The notes: a model not told the origin generated them from the sequence alone. A DNA stretch of 64,000 nt from Candidatus Poribacteria bacterium (GCA_965197475.1 CBDANF010000003.1:2304001-2368000); one strand, 5' to 3'; numbered from the stretch's first letter, positions 1 through 12,085 are shown. A program made the numbers and translations.

Positions 1-103
1 CAATCACAGGAATAATCGGGTTATTTGGGACAACCATCTGCCCATTTGCAGATTCTATTTTCTCACCCGCTGTCGGGACTTTTAATTGGTCAAATTCAAT
101 CAC
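1..103 (-). CDS. icd: NADP-dependent isocitrate dehydrogenase, 5' end (runs off window)
   Basis: Manual translation from GTG at 103 (preceded by GAAAGGA) gives VIEFDQLKVPTAGEKIESANGQMVVPNNPIIPVI, matching the Icd N-terminus (..VP..G.KI...NG...VP.NPIIP.IEGDG). Not in the ORF track. Confidence 0.85.
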   Translation of the reverse strand, partial: MIEFDQLKVPTAGEKIESANGQMVVPNNPIIPVI

Positions 104-196
104 TGGGATTCCTTTCTGATTCACACAGAATATCTGTAGGATCTGCTCACATTTTTTATTAGTATTTATAGGGGAGTCGTGCCAGAAAACCTTCTA

Positions 197-1753
197 TCAG
201 TTAAATATGTCAACTCCTGCCATCCGGTTGTGTAATGAAACGACCTCATTCGCGATGGTCATGTCATCGGAAGGCTTAGGAATAATTTCAGGGTCTGGGG
301 GAATGACTGGTCGGATAATTTTCATTTGGAGTTGTTCGCGCGCATCCATTATCCAACCAAATCCGCGGAAGATGTAAGTCAGGAATGTCCTATCGCTTTC
401 ATAGATATCCAAGCCTTCTTGAACTGCCCATCCGCCAAAGTCTGTATTAGGGGTTAAGCGGAGCGGCGGTTCGTTTTCACGACCGGGACGAACGATTCCC
501 TCAATGAACGCTATTTGGTAGATGCGTTGCATAATTGCTAACCGCTTTTTCTGTTTATCGCTGAGTTGAATTTCCCCTGTTTCAACAGCATCTATGAAAG
601 GATTAAAATAGATTGCTGGTCTTGGGTCTTGTTGAATTTCATCAGATCTGCCCGCAGCGGCGATTTCTGGATGTCCAAAGGTTGGTAGTGCCACACGCAT
701 CCGTTCTCTGATTGCCGTTTCTCTGGCTTCAGTATTGAGAGATTCTATCTGATTGATGAATGCTGTCATATCGTGAATCGCGCCGAAATGTCGATCACCG
801 TCTAAAGCCATCTGTGAGGCAACAAAGAAATCGGAAACTGCACCGGCGTATAAAGTGGCGAGATAACGCGCAACAACGTTTGAACCTGCAGAACCGTGGT
901 GCGTTTGTATAACCCCCATACGTTCTAAAATGGACGATTCAACAGAGCTTGCTTCCCTACCTAAAAGAAGACTATAACATGTTTGGAAGGCTGTTTTTTC
1001 GCTTTTTTGGTGTTCAACAATAAGATCGTTCGCTCGCATCGCAAGAACTTGGGGATGTAAAGCACTGCTATTTCTCAACTGGTGACGCATGTAGACAGAG
1101 ATTGTGCCAAATGCAACGTTCTCCATGTGCGTTCCGATGAGTTCTAACAACAGAGAACCGGAATTCCTTGTGCCTTTAATTCCTTTCTGATGCGGGATAC
1201 TTAGTTTGCGAAGTGTAGAAAAATGTTGGATGACTGCTTCAGGTCCAGCTTCTGGAAAGGATTTTACAAATTCTGCGACCTGATTGATGAGGCGTTGATT
1301 ACCTGATAACCCTTCTCTTCGGAGGTCAGTAAACCGGTAAAACTTTTTATCTATTAAGTCTGACAAAATCGTTTCTTCATCTAAACCATCAGAATGTTTC
1401 TCAGGTTTTCTGCCAAAGAGTCCGGCAAAGATAACGGACGCGGGGGTAAGTCGGTTGGCAATAATCTCGCTTTCTGTAACAACACCGCGAATTCCAAAAC
1501 TTCGGATATTCAGGGTTATCTGCGTCTTCCCACAGTCCACGGAGGCCTTGTGTAACGCGGGATTAGCGAAAACGTTTGTGGATTGCGGCATTGAACTAAA
1601 ACTTTTTAATGCCGCTGCAATTTTTTCTTCCCCCAACTCTGTCGCCCTAACCATCGACTCTGTTACAGGGGAATACACCGAGGCTGCGGGAACTTCAGAC
1701 AGGATTTTTCTGACCGCCGCTACCTGTTTCGCCTCCAAATTCTTATTCAACAT
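197..1753 (-). CDS. Divergent citrate synthase-family protein
   Basis: Motifs HHGSAGSN, GDRHFGA, TFGHP, DPR, PNTDF and RGFGW parallel the citrate synthase motifs DH..N, HGGA, GFGH, DPR and PNVDF. It lies directly upstream of icd. ATG at 1753 has an AAGGAG RBS. Confidence 0.75.
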   Translation of the reverse strand: MLNKNLEAKQVAAVRKILSEVPAASVYSPVTESMVRATELGEEKIAAALKSFSSMPQSTNVFANPALHKASVDCGKTQITLNIRSFGIRGVVTESEIIANRLTPASVIFAGLFGRKPEKHSDGLDEETILSDLIDKKFYRFTDLRREGLSGNQRLINQVAEFVKSFPEAGPEAVIQHFSTLRKLSIPHQKGIKGTRNSGSLLLELIGTHMENVAFGTISVYMRHQLRNSSALHPQVLAMRANDLIVEHQKSEKTAFQTCYSLLLGREASSVESSILERMGVIQTHHGSAGSNVVARYLATLYAGAVSDFFVASQMALDGDRHFGAIHDMTAFINQIESLNTEARETAIRERMRVALPTFGHPEIAAAGRSDEIQQDPRPAIYFNPFIDAVETGEIQLSDKQKKRLAIMQRIYQIAFIEGIVRPGRENEPPLRLTPNTDFGGWAVQEGLDIYESDRTFLTYIFRGFGWIMDAREQLQMKIIRPVIPPDPEIIPKPSDDMTIANEVVSLHNRMAGVDIFN

Positions 1754-2927
1754 GAAATCTCCTTCGTTCAGAATCTGATTCGTCCAAGAACACATAACTA
1801 CCTAAAAACGCAGCTACCAAACCGACATAAAAAACCGCATGTGGACGGTGAGGTTTCTCAGATTCCATCTTTTAAGAAAGTTTGCTGACTGATTGTTTTA
1901 CGTCTTTAAAATATGTTATCAAAAATTTGATTAAAAGTCAAGATAAAAGTTAAAGCCCTCGATCAGAAAATTGGACAATAACATACTTATATGTTATACT
2001 GATGTTACAGTTTCAACTCAAGGCATAATCCCAAGGCAAAACCAAGGGCACCTAATCCCAACACGATGAAAAGCGATTTATGAGATTACCTGCTAACAGG
2101 AAACAACGGACAAAGCAAATGAAAAAACTTGCGATTATTGTTTTAATGTTAACAGCGTTGCTTTACGTATGTAGCATCGCACAAGAATGGACAAAACCGG
2201 AAAACACATTGCACAAGTACGATATAGCAGTTGAGACTTATCATCCACCTGATAACGTTGGACATCCTACGTTCATGAGTCCACACGCATCGCCAATTGT
2301 AGTCCGCAATGGCTACGTCTTTGTCGTGAATACACCAGCAGATACAGTCGATATCATTGACACTAAAACCCGTGCCATCGTGAAACGTATCAACGTCGGC
2401 ATTGATCCAGTCGGTATTGCAGTCCGCCCTGATGGCAAAGAGGTCTGGGTAGCAAATCACGTTTCCGATTCAGTTAGCGTAATTGATACGAATCCTACGA
2501 GCCCGACGTGGTTACAGATTATCGCTACGGTGCAGAATTTTGACCCCAAAACGCGTGCAACCCGTTTTGATGAACCCGTAGGAATCGCTTTCGCGAGTAA
2601 TGATAAAGCCTACGTCGCATTCTCTTCTGAAAATCAGATTGCCGTTATCAACGTAAGAACACGCCACGTGAACAAAAGACTTGACATCACAGCACAAGAC
2701 CCGCGCGCTATCACCGTCCGTGATGACCGCCTCTACGTCATTCCCTTTGAGTCTAACAACAAAACACAGCTTTCAGGTGGCACCGGCCCAATTGACGGAA
2801 AAATGACCACCTTTGATGCACAGAAGCATGTGATTGATAACAATAATGTTTTATCAATAGGCGCAGTATTAGACATCATCAAACACCCCAAAGTGCCAGA
2901 TCGGGATTTGTATGTTTTTGATACCCG

Positions 2928-4019
2928 CAGGACTTACGCAATAATCTACAATTATGTTATACTGTTCTATTATGACTACATTTACACTTTCTAAAAAGAA
3001 GCACCACTTATTTTCTGATTATTGTCAATTTTTGTTAGCGAGTTTCACTAATTTTACACAAACCTATTTTGCAAACCATACGGAGAAGTGGAGCCATGAT
3101 CAACTCAATCGTTTCCTGAGAAACGAAAACATTCCTTCAAGCGAACTCTGGGAATCTGTCAAAGACGACATTGCGTTTGATAAAGATGGATACCTTATCT
3201 TTGACGATGTTGTGCTGTCAAAAATATATTCAAAACTGATTGAAGCTGCCTACCCTCAATGGAGTGGTAGCGACAAAAAGGTCATTGAAGGCATCGGTAT
3301 TGTCACGTGTGTCTATGTTAACCCAAAGACACACGAGTATTGGATCATTGATTACCGCATTTTTGACAAAGACCCTGATGGTAAATCCAAAATTGATCAT
3401 TTACTTGATATGTTGCACGATGCTTACTTCAAGAAACAACTCTCGTTTCGGACAGTGCTAATGGATGCTTGGTATGTATCCATGAAAGTAATGAAAGCGA
3501 TTGCGGCACTTTCCAAGGTCTACTATGCGCCCCTGAAACGAAACAGGCTTGTAAATGATACGGATGGTGTTGAACCGCACCAGCAAGTAAAAAGATTTAT
3601 CTTGGTCTCCATCAGAAACGACACAAGGCAAACGCGTGCATATCAAAAGGTTTCCAAAAGGGTATCAAGTGAAGTTGTTCCGGATTGTGTCTGATACAGG
3701 ACGCACGGAATATATTGTGACAAACGATTTATCTCAATCGGATGCGAAAGCGACAAAACAACAGTGTCGGGTTCGCTGGAAGATTGAGCAACTTCATCGT
3801 GAAATCAAACAATTAACCGGTATTGACAAATGTCAATGCCGCAAACTGCGTGCCCAACGAAACCATATTGCGTGTTGTTTCCAGGTCTGGGTCTGCTTGA
3901 AGCGTGCTGCCCGGAAAATCACTCAAACGATTTACGAACTCAAACAAAGTTTATTGGATGATTACGGACGACATCAACTCTCTAATCCTTCAATAATCTT
4001 CAAAACTGCGTAAGTCCTG
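2928..4019 (+). mobile_element. IS701-family (ISAba11-like) insertion sequence
   Basis: Perfect 13-bp TIRs CAGGACTTACGCA / TGCGTAAGTCCTG, a 5-bp TSD ACCCG (2923-2927, 4020-4024), length 1092 bp. Confidence 0.93.
2972..4013 (+). pseudogene. IS701-family DDE transposase, frameshifted
   Basis: Motifs FDDVVL, MDAWY and RWKIEQLHREIKQ. The two ORFs join if one A is removed from the A5 run at about 3589-3593. Confidence 0.85.
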
Positions 4020-6137
4020 ACCCGAACTGATGAACTCGTTGAAGTCGTTGACACGCTTGGTACGCTGCTTTACGGTTTGACAGTCGACTCCAAAGGACGT
4101 GTATTCATTGCACAGACAGATGCCCGCAACGATGTTAACGGGCTTTCAGGCACAAAAAACCACGGTTTAGCAGAATTAGAAAATCGCCCGTTTCTGAACC
4201 AGATTACGAGCGTCAGTTTCAGCGGTGATTCTGCTAAAGATCCAAAATTCATCAATCTTGAACCGTTGCCACCGTTGCATCCGAAACAAGGAGAGGCTTT
4301 GGCTACACCGTTCGCTATTCAAATCAGTGAAGACGATAACACATTAGTTGTATCCGCTGCAGGGTCGGACCAACTCTTTACTGTGAATACCAAAAGCGGT
4401 GAAATTCTCGGTCGTGTAGATGTTGACGCAGTCCCGCGAGGTATTGCGCTTGAGTCTGATGCTAACGGTAAACCTGCCAGTGCCTGGGTTTTCAATGCAG
4501 TTGCTAATACGGTATCTCTCGTTAATCTATCGAATCTCACCCGTCCAGAGGTGGTTAAGAGCATTTCGTTAGACGATCCCACGCATCCCGCAGTTAAGCG
4601 CGGACGGATTGCCTTCAACGATGCCAACGCATCAACAACCGGCACCTTCTCTTGCGCGAGTTGCCACCCTGATGGACACACAGACCAGTTACTTTGGGTT
4701 TTACAGACACCGATTGTTACAGGAGCTAAACAGATCATGCCTCGTTCAACGATGCCGGTTCGCGGCTTGCGTGATACTGAACCTTACCATTGGGATGGTA
4801 TCCCCGGCGACCCTTACGGTGGTAATAACAGTGCCAATGTTTACAAGAGTGTTGAACCCAACAGCACTCTTGGTGACCCGGAAAGCAGCGTTCGACATCT
4901 CATAGATGGAAGTCTCGCTACAACTATGAGCATGGTAGGTGCTGAGGTTGAAAACGATGAAGGCAAACTTGGCGCATTAACCGGTGCCGAACGCGATGAT
5001 CTGGCAAAGTTTCTGTTAAGCGTGCTTTATCCACCCGCACAAAAACGCGCTTACACGAACGTCTTATCAGACGAAGCGACTAACGGATTCAAACTTTTTC
5101 ATATTGATGGTGACTTACAAGGAAAGCCTGAACCGAATGTCTGCGGTGACTGTCACCGTATGCCGTTTTGGATGAGTACTAATACACCGGGAACTGGCAT
5201 GGAAGCACCTACATGGCGCGGTGCTTATGACCGCTGGCTGATTCTACCACAAGGACGGTTGAACCTAATTGATTTCGATTTCTATCGCGCTGTTGCCGAA
5301 CGTGGAATTCCGGAACAACGTGTGTGGCAATTTTCTTGGGCTGGCAGAAGACGCTTCTACCCTGTTTGGAACATGGTATTGGAAGGCAGCACTGGATTCT
5401 CAGGTGCTTTTGCTCGGCAAGTCACACTCAACAATACATCTGCACTCACGCGACCTACCCGCGACCTATTGAATGCATTGGAACTGTCTGCTAAAGAAGG
5501 CGGCATCATGCTTCTCGGTGAAGGTGTGTTCATTGATGGTGACAAATCCACACCTGTCACGCTTCAGTTCAAAGAGAAGACCTACGTCAAAACAGATGGC
5601 GATAGTAAAACTTTCACCAGAGCACAATTGGTTTTGCTTGCTTCTGAAGGAAAATTTGTTGGCACCTTCACTGCTCGGCATGGTGCAAAGGTAGGTATTG
5701 ATAATCCACAACCGGGGATTTGGACATTGGGACCAATTGAGGCGCAACGCGGACACCAAGATTTTCCAGTCCTGTCTCCTGACAATACCGACATGACAAT
5801 CAGTGGTAGACATATTCACGAGGGTGCCCACCTTTACGTTGATGGTAGGCGAGTAACTGGTACCATTACCTCCCAACAAGGGGAGTTTCTCGACCCAGAT
5901 ATTACCGTAAAATTGGAAACACTGCCTGAGGTTGGAATGCATCTCCTCCAGATTCAAAATCCGGATGGGATGTTCAGTAACGATTTCATCTTCCATGTCA
6001 CTAAAGAAAAGAAGAACGATACTACCAAAGCAAGTTCTCAGAAACCTAAAAACGGTGTTGCATTTCTAAAGCAAGTTCTCGGAAAATCTAAGAAATAGCG
6101 ATTAGCAAACGTATATCCACAAGGAGGTAACGTTATT

Positions 6138-6350
6138 ATGGAAGGTCTCGCTTTAGGTCTCGCTTTAGGTCTCAGCATAGGTTTAGCTGTAGGAGTAGGA
6201 TCTACAAGCCGGAACACGCGAAAGAAAGTTGAACGGCAGCTACGCAACGCAATTGTTGATAAAGAAATTTCTATTCGGGATAAAGATGGTGAACCGTTGA
6301 CGACTGATGCACTTTTTGCCCTTCTTGACAAGAAATATAAGAAGACGTAA
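6138..6350 (+). CDS. Small hypothetical membrane protein
   Basis: AAGGAGG RBS, N-terminal GxxxG-rich hydrophobic helix and a charged tail. Confidence 0.65.
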   Translation: MEGLALGLALGLSIGLAVGVGSTSRNTRKKVERQLRNAIVDKEISIRDKDGEPLTTDALFALLDKKYKKT

Positions 6351-6439
6351 CGATGCTATGAACACTCTCAACAGCATCCTTTAAAAGTTCGTAGTAAGGA
6401 TATTCATCAGCCATTCGCTAAACAGACATTAAAAATTGC

Positions 6440-7840
6440 ATGCCTATGAAAAACGTAGTCGTTGTCGTCATGGCATTAGTGGCGATCATTTTGGTTTCCC
6501 ATGCGGAGGATAGTGTCGTCGGCCACTGGGAAGGAAAAATCAATGTTCCGATCCAAGCACTGACCATAAAGGTTGATCTTTCCATCAAAGACAACAATTG
6601 GAAAGGTACTATTGATATTCCAAGTCAAGGTGCTAAAGGCTTACCGTTATCCAACATCCATATTGAAGAAAGCGATGATAATATAAGCGTCAAATTTGTG
6701 ATCCGTGGCGTACCGGGCAATCCAACTTTCGACGGACACCTACACGAAGGTATCATCAGTGGCAAATTCACCCAAGGTGGTGCTGCATTCAATTTCACAC
6801 TTTCCCGAGACATCGTAACCGATCTTGCCAGACCCCAGGAACCGAAACCACCGTTTCCCTACAAAATCGAAGAAGTCACGTTTCAGAACGGACTTGTTAA
6901 TCTTGCGGGTACTTTAACGTTACCACCTGGCGATGGGCCTTTTCCGGCAGCACTGCTTATTTCCGGTAGTGGTTTGCAGGATCGCGACCAGACGATATTC
7001 GGACACAAGCCGTTTTGGGTGCTTGCCGATTACTTGACCCGTGCTGGTATCGCTGTGCTCCGCGTTGACGATCCAGGCATAGGCAAGTCAACACCACATC
7101 CGAAATCACCAACCACAGCAGATTTCGCAACCGATGCGGAAGCAGGTGTAGCGTTCCTCAAGAAGGACAATCGAATGAAGTCTATCGGTCTGATTGGTCA
7201 TAGTGAAGGTGGTGCCGTCGCTGCCATCGTTGCAAGTCGGGGTGACGACATAAACTTTATCGTGCTGATGGCTGCTCCTGGAGTCCGCGGTGCGGAACTT
7301 TTGCGTAAACAGAACGAACGCATCTTTGATGCTATGGGAATCGTGGAAGAACGTAAGCAAACCTTACTAACGCTTCTTGATCAGTTATTTACAACATTAG
7401 CCTCAGATATGGCAGATGATGAACTACGGCAGCAGGTTGGCGCAATTGTCCGCAAGCAGTTTGAAGTCAACGGTGTTCCCATTGACCAACAAGACAAAAC
7501 ACAAGTGCAAGCAGCGGTTGAACAAATCCTTAACCCATGGATGCGATATTTTCTGGCATTCAATCCGCAGCTTTTTCTCAAGAAAGTTAAATCTCCCGTG
7601 TTAGCACTTAACGGCGAACTTGATGTGCAGGTCGATGCAGAACAAAATCTCACTGGTATCGCTACTGCTCTTGACCAAGGCGGAAATCGCAATGTCACAA
7701 TACATCGCTTACCGAAACACAATCATCTATTTCAACGTGCAACTACAGGACTGGTCAATGAGTACGCTGTTATTGAAGAGACAATCTCACCAAAAGTTTT
7801 GAATCTAATTCGAGACTGGGTGTTGTCAGTGACGCAATAA
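6440..7840 (+). CDS. Secreted alpha/beta-hydrolase (serine aminopeptidase/esterase-like)
   Basis: Signal peptide, ISGSG oxyanion region, GHSEG nucleophile elbow, GELDVQV and NHLFQ. Confidence 0.85.
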   Translation: MPMKNVVVVVMALVAIILVSHAEDSVVGHWEGKINVPIQALTIKVDLSIKDNNWKGTIDIPSQGAKGLPLSNIHIEESDDNISVKFVIRGVPGNPTFDGHLHEGIISGKFTQGGAAFNFTLSRDIVTDLARPQEPKPPFPYKIEEVTFQNGLVNLAGTLTLPPGDGPFPAALLISGSGLQDRDQTIFGHKPFWVLADYLTRAGIAVLRVDDPGIGKSTPHPKSPTTADFATDAEAGVAFLKKDNRMKSIGLIGHSEGGAVAAIVASRGDDINFIVLMAAPGVRGAELLRKQNERIFDAMGIVEERKQTLLTLLDQLFTTLASDMADDELRQQVGAIVRKQFEVNGVPIDQQDKTQVQAAVEQILNPWMRYFLAFNPQLFLKKVKSPVLALNGELDVQVDAEQNLTGIATALDQGGNRNVTIHRLPKHNHLFQRATTGLVNEYAVIEETISPKVLNLIRDWVLSVTQ

Positions 7841-8011
7841 ATTGGGATTTGGAAGGGACGTATTCAGTTGCTGTCTCTAATTCATTGCGGTTTCTAAATC
7901 CTAACTTTTATTTCACCCTCTCTACTTTAATTTGCGATTTACATTTCTATTCTGATATACTGTTATACTACCTGACACCTCCAATCTTCCGCAACGAGGT
8001 TATTGACGGCT

Positions 8012-9450
8012 ATGAATCGCTCTAAAAAGATAACATTTCTGATTGTAGGTGGCATCCTGCTATCCATACTCGGAAATTGCTTCACCGATAGTCCCCATCA
8101 ACCCTATCAATCAAGAAGAACCGTGAATCGTCAAGATTTTGCGAACCGTCAAAGTTCTGTGAACATCCCCTGGCCACACACATCAAATTTACCAATCGTC
8201 ATTATTGATACTTATGGCAGATGGATTCCCGATGAACCCAAGAACCCGGCGCGGATGAAAATTATTTACGATGAATCCGGTGGTAGAAACGGTTTGGATA
8301 GTCCCCACGTCCATTTTGAGGGAAAAATCGGGATAGAGGTAAGAGGACAAACCTTACAAGGGTTTCCAAAAAAGCAATACGGTTTTGAATTTCAGGACGA
8401 AAGCGGCAATGACAAAGATGTATCCATATTTCAATTGCCAGCTGAATCCGATTGGGTGTTGAATGGTCCCTATACCGACAAAAGCCTCATGCGGAACTAC
8501 TTGGCTTATGAGTTCAGCAATCGGATCGGCAGATATGCAAGCAGAACAAAATTCGTTGAAGTGTTCCTCAACACTACAGGGGATAAGACCATTCAAGCAC
8601 GACATTATGTCGGAGTCTATCTACTTATAGAAAAAATTAAGCGAGGAAAAAATCGCGTCCCTATCCAATCGTTGAAACCGACCCACAAAACATCTCCCGA
8701 AATCACTGGGGGATATATCATAAAAATCGATAAGATGGATCGAAATGAGACTTTCTTCAATACTCGGCGCGGCACGAATCTTGCCCATGTATATCCGAAA
8801 GGGCACGAAATGCCTCATGTCCAAAGAGCGTGGATTCGGGATTATATGAGTGTGTTTGAATCTGTGTTAGCTGGAACGCATTTTAGAGACCCAGAGCACG
8901 GGTATGCCAAGTATATTGATGTGGATTCTTTTATCGATCATTTTATCATCAATGAACTTTTCAAAAACACAGACGGATTTCGCTTCAGCGCATACATGTT
9001 CAAAGATAGAGGTGGAAAACTAACGATGGGACCTGTTTGGGATTTCAATCTATCTATGGGTAATACTATTTTCTATGACGCTTGGCAAACCGAGAATTGG
9101 CTTATTTATACAAACCCCGTTCCTTTTTGGTGGGACCGACTGCTATCAGATACCAACTTCAAACATAAACTTGTCAAAAAATGGAAAACACTGCGAAAAA
9201 ACGAACTCGCCACACCAAAAATTCTTGGTGAAATCGATCGAACCGCTGAATACCTGTCCGAAGCACAAAAACGTAACTTCCAGAGATGGCGTGTACTGGT
9301 CGCTCACTTTTTGGTAACCCCGGACCGGGACACTCCACCTATCAAGGAGAAGTGAACGAAATGAAGACCTGGCTGCAAGCTCGACTGAAATGGATGGATA
9401 AACACATTGAATTGCTACCTCAAAAGTATCAATACTCTCGAAGGTATTGA
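8012..9450 (+). CDS. CotH kinase-family protein (frameshift near 9298)
   Basis: Motifs IEVRGQT..FPKKQY, DKSLMRNYLAYE and GPVWDFNLSMGN. The typical C-terminus (EVNEMKTWLQARLKWMD) continues in another frame to TGA 9448-9450. Confidence 0.82.
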
Positions 9451-9454
9451 TACT
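9425..9454 (+). terminator. Inverted repeat overlapping the CotH stop
   Basis: AGTATCAATAC-8 nt-GTATTGATACT, an 11-bp perfect stem with no clear U-tract. Confidence 0.35.
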
Positions 9455-9665
9455 AAGGTAAAGTAATCAACTATGGTGAAGCATAGAATGAATAAACATT
9501 CTTGATTTTGAATTACACTCTTCAGAATTATGCAACCATTTTACCCTTAACCGGCGTCACTATATATGACTCGCGTAATAATTAAAATTGGAGAGAGTCC
9601 TTCAATTTATCTCAATATCGCGCAAGTCAATCTTACAACTATCATAACCGATAACCGATAGCCAG

Positions 9666-11201
9666 ATGAAACATATACGTCTAACAACCCTGATATTTGC
9701 CTTAATTGTGACGTTAGTTTTACGCGCTACTACTTATGCGCAAAACATTGAAGATGAAACGCATTGGAATCAGTTTCGCGGTCCGAATGGGAGCGGTGTG
9801 ATAAAAACTGCCGATATCCCAGTTCATTTTGGACCCGACACAAACATCTTATGGAAAAAGCAAATCGGTGGCGGGCAGTCGTCTCCTGTTATTTGGGGCA
9901 ACCGTATCTTTGTCACGACCTTTTCACCGGAAAATAGGGATCAACTTACAGTCGTTTGTCTTGATCGTCAGCAAGGAGACATTCTATGGCGTAAATCAAT
10001 CAGTTCCCGAAAGAACGCGCAGTATTTTCCGTTGCTGAACGGCCCCGCATCACCGACACCTATAGTTGACGATAAACACGTTTACGCCTACTTCGGCATC
10101 TACGGCATGCTCTGCTATACCCATGATGGGACTAAGGTTTGGGAACGTCAAATTGATCCGCCAGCAAGCCAATACGGGATGTCGGTCTCGCCGATACTTT
10201 ATAGAGACAAGGTTATCCTCGTTTTAGACGACAACAGAGGCAATTCACGACTTCTCGCGATGAATCGTGACACAGGTGACATCGCGTGGGAACAACCGAG
10301 CCCCTTATTCCGTGCAGGTTGGTCTACTCCAATGATCTGGGAACATAAATTCTGTGATGAACTTATCGTTCTGGGTTATAAGAAGTTGACTTCTTATAAT
10401 CCTGTTACTGGTGAAGAGATATGGTGGGCGGGTGGGTTTTCTGTCGAAACCATCGGTGTTCCTGTGGTAGGGGAAGGGCTTCTGTTTGTAAGTGATGCCG
10501 CTGCGGGTGGTCGCGGTGAAATCGAATGGGATGCAGAGTTGTCATGGAAAACTACACTTGAAGATTTTGACAAAAACCGAGACAACAAAATACAACGCGA
10601 AGAGATGGCAGACGGCTTTAGAATCCCTTTGCGAAGCGAATTGGAAAAGCACGAACTCGGAGCAGCGTATCCGATCGGGCCCCGGCAGGTCAGCGGTTGG
10701 TTCAAACACTTGGACAGAGACAAAGATGGTGTGCTGAGCAAAACAGACTGGCTGGAACTTATGTCCGAGTTTGCTATGGAAAGTCAACCGACGCTCATAG
10801 CGATAAAACCGGGCGCGGAAGGAAATGCGCGACCACTGAACGTGGCATGGGAAATACATAGTGGCATACCTGAAATACCATCGCCGCTTTATTGTCAAGG
10901 GAAAATTTACCTGCTGCGAAAAGGGGGTATTCTGACATGCATTCGGGCATCAGACGGTAATCAACTCTTCCGTGAACGAATCGGGGCAAGAGGTCAGTAT
11001 ATCGCTTCACCTATCGCTGCAGGAGACAAATTGATCACGGCTTCTCAACAAGGCACAGTCACGGTTATTCAAATTGGCGATACACTTGAAGTCCTCGCAA
11101 GAAATGATTTCGGAGAAGAGATTATCGCGACACCTGCAATTGCCGAAAACGCAATATATCTGCGAACCGTCAAACACTTATATGCCATCGGTAAAAAATA
11201 A
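9666..11201 (+). CDS. Secreted PQQ-binding-like (BamB-type) beta-propeller protein with EF-hand-like insert
   Basis: WNQFRGPNGSG start, repeated SSP/SP..W motifs, and loops DKNRDNKIQREE and DRDKDGVLSKTD. Confidence 0.85.
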   Translation: MKHIRLTTLIFALIVTLVLRATTYAQNIEDETHWNQFRGPNGSGVIKTADIPVHFGPDTNILWKKQIGGGQSSPVIWGNRIFVTTFSPENRDQLTVVCLDRQQGDILWRKSISSRKNAQYFPLLNGPASPTPIVDDKHVYAYFGIYGMLCYTHDGTKVWERQIDPPASQYGMSVSPILYRDKVILVLDDNRGNSRLLAMNRDTGDIAWEQPSPLFRAGWSTPMIWEHKFCDELIVLGYKKLTSYNPVTGEEIWWAGGFSVETIGVPVVGEGLLFVSDAAAGGRGEIEWDAELSWKTTLEDFDKNRDNKIQREEMADGFRIPLRSELEKHELGAAYPIGPRQVSGWFKHLDRDKDGVLSKTDWLELMSEFAMESQPTLIAIKPGAEGNARPLNVAWEIHSGIPEIPSPLYCQGKIYLLRKGGILTCIRASDGNQLFRERIGARGQYIASPIAAGDKLITASQQGTVTVIQIGDTLEVLARNDFGEEIIATPAIAENAIYLRTVKHLYAIGKK

Positions 11202-11246
11202 TTAAGGGTGTTCATAAATACTTCAATGTTAATTGTGTGCTTAAAA

Positions 11247-11272
11247 GTAGTAGGCACGCTCCGCGTGCCGTA
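11247..11272 (+). repeat. GTAG-type REP-like palindrome
   Basis: GTAGTA-GGCACGC-TCC-GCGTGCC-GTA, with a degenerate relative at 25331-25354. Confidence 0.55.
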
Positions 11273-11437
11273 ACCGAATTCAACGGAGCGCGTAATTACG
11301 CCTCTTTTTAACCTTTTGATGTAACATTTCTGGCTTCTGGATTAGGAAAACGGAAAACTGAATGGCTCGCTTCGCGGTGAACCTTGACATATTCCCCTGA
11401 GTACGCTACACTGTATTTTAAGCAGGAGGGAAAACAC

Positions 11438-12085
11438 ATGGCTTTTAGTGATTTCAAAACAATCCCAGAAGTGTTAGAAAAATTCAGAATCACATACACA
11501 GTAAAAGATTTCGTCCGGATTGAGGAAAACTCATGCATCCCTTCAGAACAATTTTTGCAAGATTTTGAGTTTTGCACACAACATATTGATGTTTTTGCCT
11601 CCGAAGCAGCACGTTGTGAGGCTATTATCTTTCCGATTTTAAAGGAGGTCTACAAAGCCTACGCAGCCGATTACGCGCTCTGGATTAAGAAAGCCATCAC
11701 CTACGATGAAACACTAAGCGGAACACCTGATTACCTCATCTCCACACGGTCTGAGTTAGGCATCCCTGTTGTTGGAATACCGCTGATCATCCTTGTTGAA
11801 GCAAAGAAGAACGATTTTGATCAAGGTTGGGGACAATGCATAGCGGAGATGCTCGCTGCGCAAAAGATAAATGGGGATCCCGACACTCCGGTTTACGGAA
11901 TTGTAAGCGACGGGACAACCTGGCAATTTGGACTACTCCTTGATGATGCCTTCACTCGAAACAGAGCAAGTGTGACAATGGATAATTTGCCCCGCCTCTT
12001 CGGGGCAATTGATGCTGTCTTCAAGGCGAGCTGCAATGGACATCGCGCGCATACGCCGCAAGAGAATATATCCTCAGATTTGTAG
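11438..12085 (+). CDS. PD-(D/E)xK-fold hypothetical protein (HsdR N-terminal-like)
   Basis: GGAGG RBS before ATG 11438. Motifs GTPDYL..LVEAKK, QC.AEM and YGIVSDGTTWQF. Confidence 0.65.
   Translation: MAFSDFKTIPEVLEKFRITYTVKDFVRIEENSCIPSEQFLQDFEFCTQHIDVFASEAARCEAIIFPILKEVYKAYAADYALWIKKAITYDETLSGTPDYLISTRSELGIPVVGIPLIILVEAKKNDFDQGWGQCIAEMLAAQKINGDPDTPVYGIVSDGTTWQFGLLLDDAFTRNRASVTMDNLPRLFGAIDAVFKASCNGHRAHTPQENISSDL

Larger units (their letters stand above)
2119..6098 (+). pseudogene. Secreted YVTN beta-propeller / di-haem cytochrome c (CCP/MauG-like) protein, split by an IS
   Basis: Signal peptide, YVTN repeats (VWVANHVSDSVSVID) and two CxxCH motifs (CASCH, CGDCH). Removing the IS and one ACCCG copy restores YVFDTR-TDELVEVVDTLG in frame with the 4077 ORF, giving 960 aa. 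Confidence 0.85.
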
